Part shown: positions 62,561-64,000 of the stretch, piece by piece
Layout of the letters: the number at the start of each line of letters is the position of its first letter
Position numbering within the stretch: the first letter of the stretch is position 1
Assembly (NCBI RefSeq): GCF_035594765.1
Contig: NC_085846.1
Coordinates: 21,005,190 to 21,069,189 of the forward strand
DNA from: Anolis carolinensis
Taxonomy: Eukaryota
Length of the DNA stretch: 64,000 nt
Direction of reading: 5' to 3'
Position numbers and translations under genes: made by a program
The notes under the pieces: generated by a model
Seen by the model: only the letters and a program-made list of their open reading frames with translations
Databases searched by the model: none
What the model was told of the DNA's origin: nothing

Positions 62561-63368
62561 CTGTTGTGGCTATATGGGTGGAGTATGGGGCGACATGTGT
62601 CTATTTGTGTGTGAGGAAGGAGGGCAAGAAAGAGAGAGATGGCTAGGTGACAAGGGCAGAAAAATGTTCATTGACTTGGGAAACTAGACGTCAAGAAGTA
62701 GCTTCTGACTATTCCTCTTTGTAAGCTAATTTGCCCCACTTGACTCTTTACTCCACTTCTCTTCCCGATGACACTAGTGGTGCAAAGGAGACTGCATGTT
62801 TTGCAGAGAGGAAAATGTATGTAACACATAAAAAATAGAAAAAGGAAGAATTGTGTTAAGCCGGTGAAAGAGGGAAGAAACTAATGGCTACAGAAATCAT
62901 TTATGACAATAACAGAAGTTACTGAAAGCTGATAGCTGAGCTTTGTTGTGGTCTAAAAATGCAGCCAACAAATAAAAGTGACAGAATTTAAATGAGGAAT
63001 GTTGAAGCAGACAGCCCATTTTTGTGAATTACATGAAAGTAACATGGGAAAATCGCAGGACTGTTCAATATCTAGTTAATATTGAAATTAATTAATATAA
63101 TTAATATGAGAGGTGTAAGATATTTTATGGTTTCCAACATAGAAATAGAGGGCAATGTTCTTTCCCATGGATAGGAAGAATGATTTCATAGCATTTAATA
63201 CAGCACTCCTAAATCAACTACATTTCAGGTTCTCACATCAGCTGACTAAGAATCTCTTTAAAATTCCATACTGGGTACCACTGAGGCCCCTTCTAGACTG
63301 CCATATAAAATCCAGATTATCTGCTTTGATCTGGATTAAATAATAATGATAATAATAAAATAATAATA

Positions 63369-63572
63369 AAAGATCTCAGCCGGCATTTGGAAACAATAGA
63401 CATTGACAAAATTATGATCTGCCAACTGCAAAAGGCCACCCTACTGGGATCTGCACGCATCATCCGAAAATGCATCACACAGTCCTAGACACTTGGGAAG
63501 TGTTCGACTTGTGATTTTGTGATACAAAATCCAGCATATCTATCTTGTTTGCTGTGACATAATAAAATAAAT
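63369..63572 (+). mobile_element. R4/Dong-clade LINE 3' end within a (TAA)n tract
   Basis: DLSRHLETIDIDKIMICQLQKATLLGSARIIRKCITQS*; TAA repeats upstream. Confidence 0.78.
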
Positions 63573-64000
63573 AACAACAACAACAACAATTTTATTCTTA
63601 TAATCCACCCCCTCTCCCAAAAGGGACTCGGGGCAGCTTACATGGGGACCAAGACCAGCATAAAACAAGAAATTCAATGTTACATAGTTACATATAACAA
63701 ATAAAAATATAATTAAAACCATAAAAACCATCACAGGGGCCAGGCACTGGTCCAGGATCCAGGGGCTTCCTTGGAATTAGGTGGAAAGGAGTAATAGAGT
63801 ATCATCTGCATAGAGATGCCACCAAACTTCAAAACTCTGGATGACCTCACCCAGTGGTTTCATGTAGATGTTAAAAAGTATGGGAGAAAGAATGGAACCT
63901 TGCAAGACCTCACAGATTAAAAGCCAGGTTTCTGAGCAGGCTTCTCCCAGCTGGGAGGTGTTAGCTGGCCCTGACCTCCCAACAAGGATTTCCCCAGGCC

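Overview
Vertebrate genomic DNA, almost certainly an anole-type squamate lizard (Sauria SINEs, Anolis-type CR1/L2/R4 LINE ends, mariner/hAT/Harbinger MITEs). Four protein-coding genes can be reconstructed by hand: (1) an intact class II olfactory receptor (+, 5311-6258); (2) a cytosolic phospholipase A2 gamma-like gene (PLA2G4C-like, minus strand, 17 coding exons, about 30571-8493, about 564 aa, catalytic Arg/Ser/Asp intact, no C2 domain, no CaaX tail, one GC-AG intron); (3) a second intact olfactory receptor (-, 39383-40351); (4) a complete 15-exon serum albumin-family gene (+, ATG 44961, stop 61964, polyA signal 62535, 612 aa) with a liver-type TATA/HNF1/FOXA promoter. Most notable: the albumin gene sits in an OR/PLA2G4C neighbourhood rather than the canonical ANKRD17-ALB-AFP-AFM-RASSF6 context, lies head-to-head with an OR gene, mixes ALB-like and AFP/AFM-like traits, and has a rewired cysteine pattern (no Cys34, Cys253->Ser, extra Cys near 474). 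All family names and residue equivalences come from recall and manual alignment, not from database searches.
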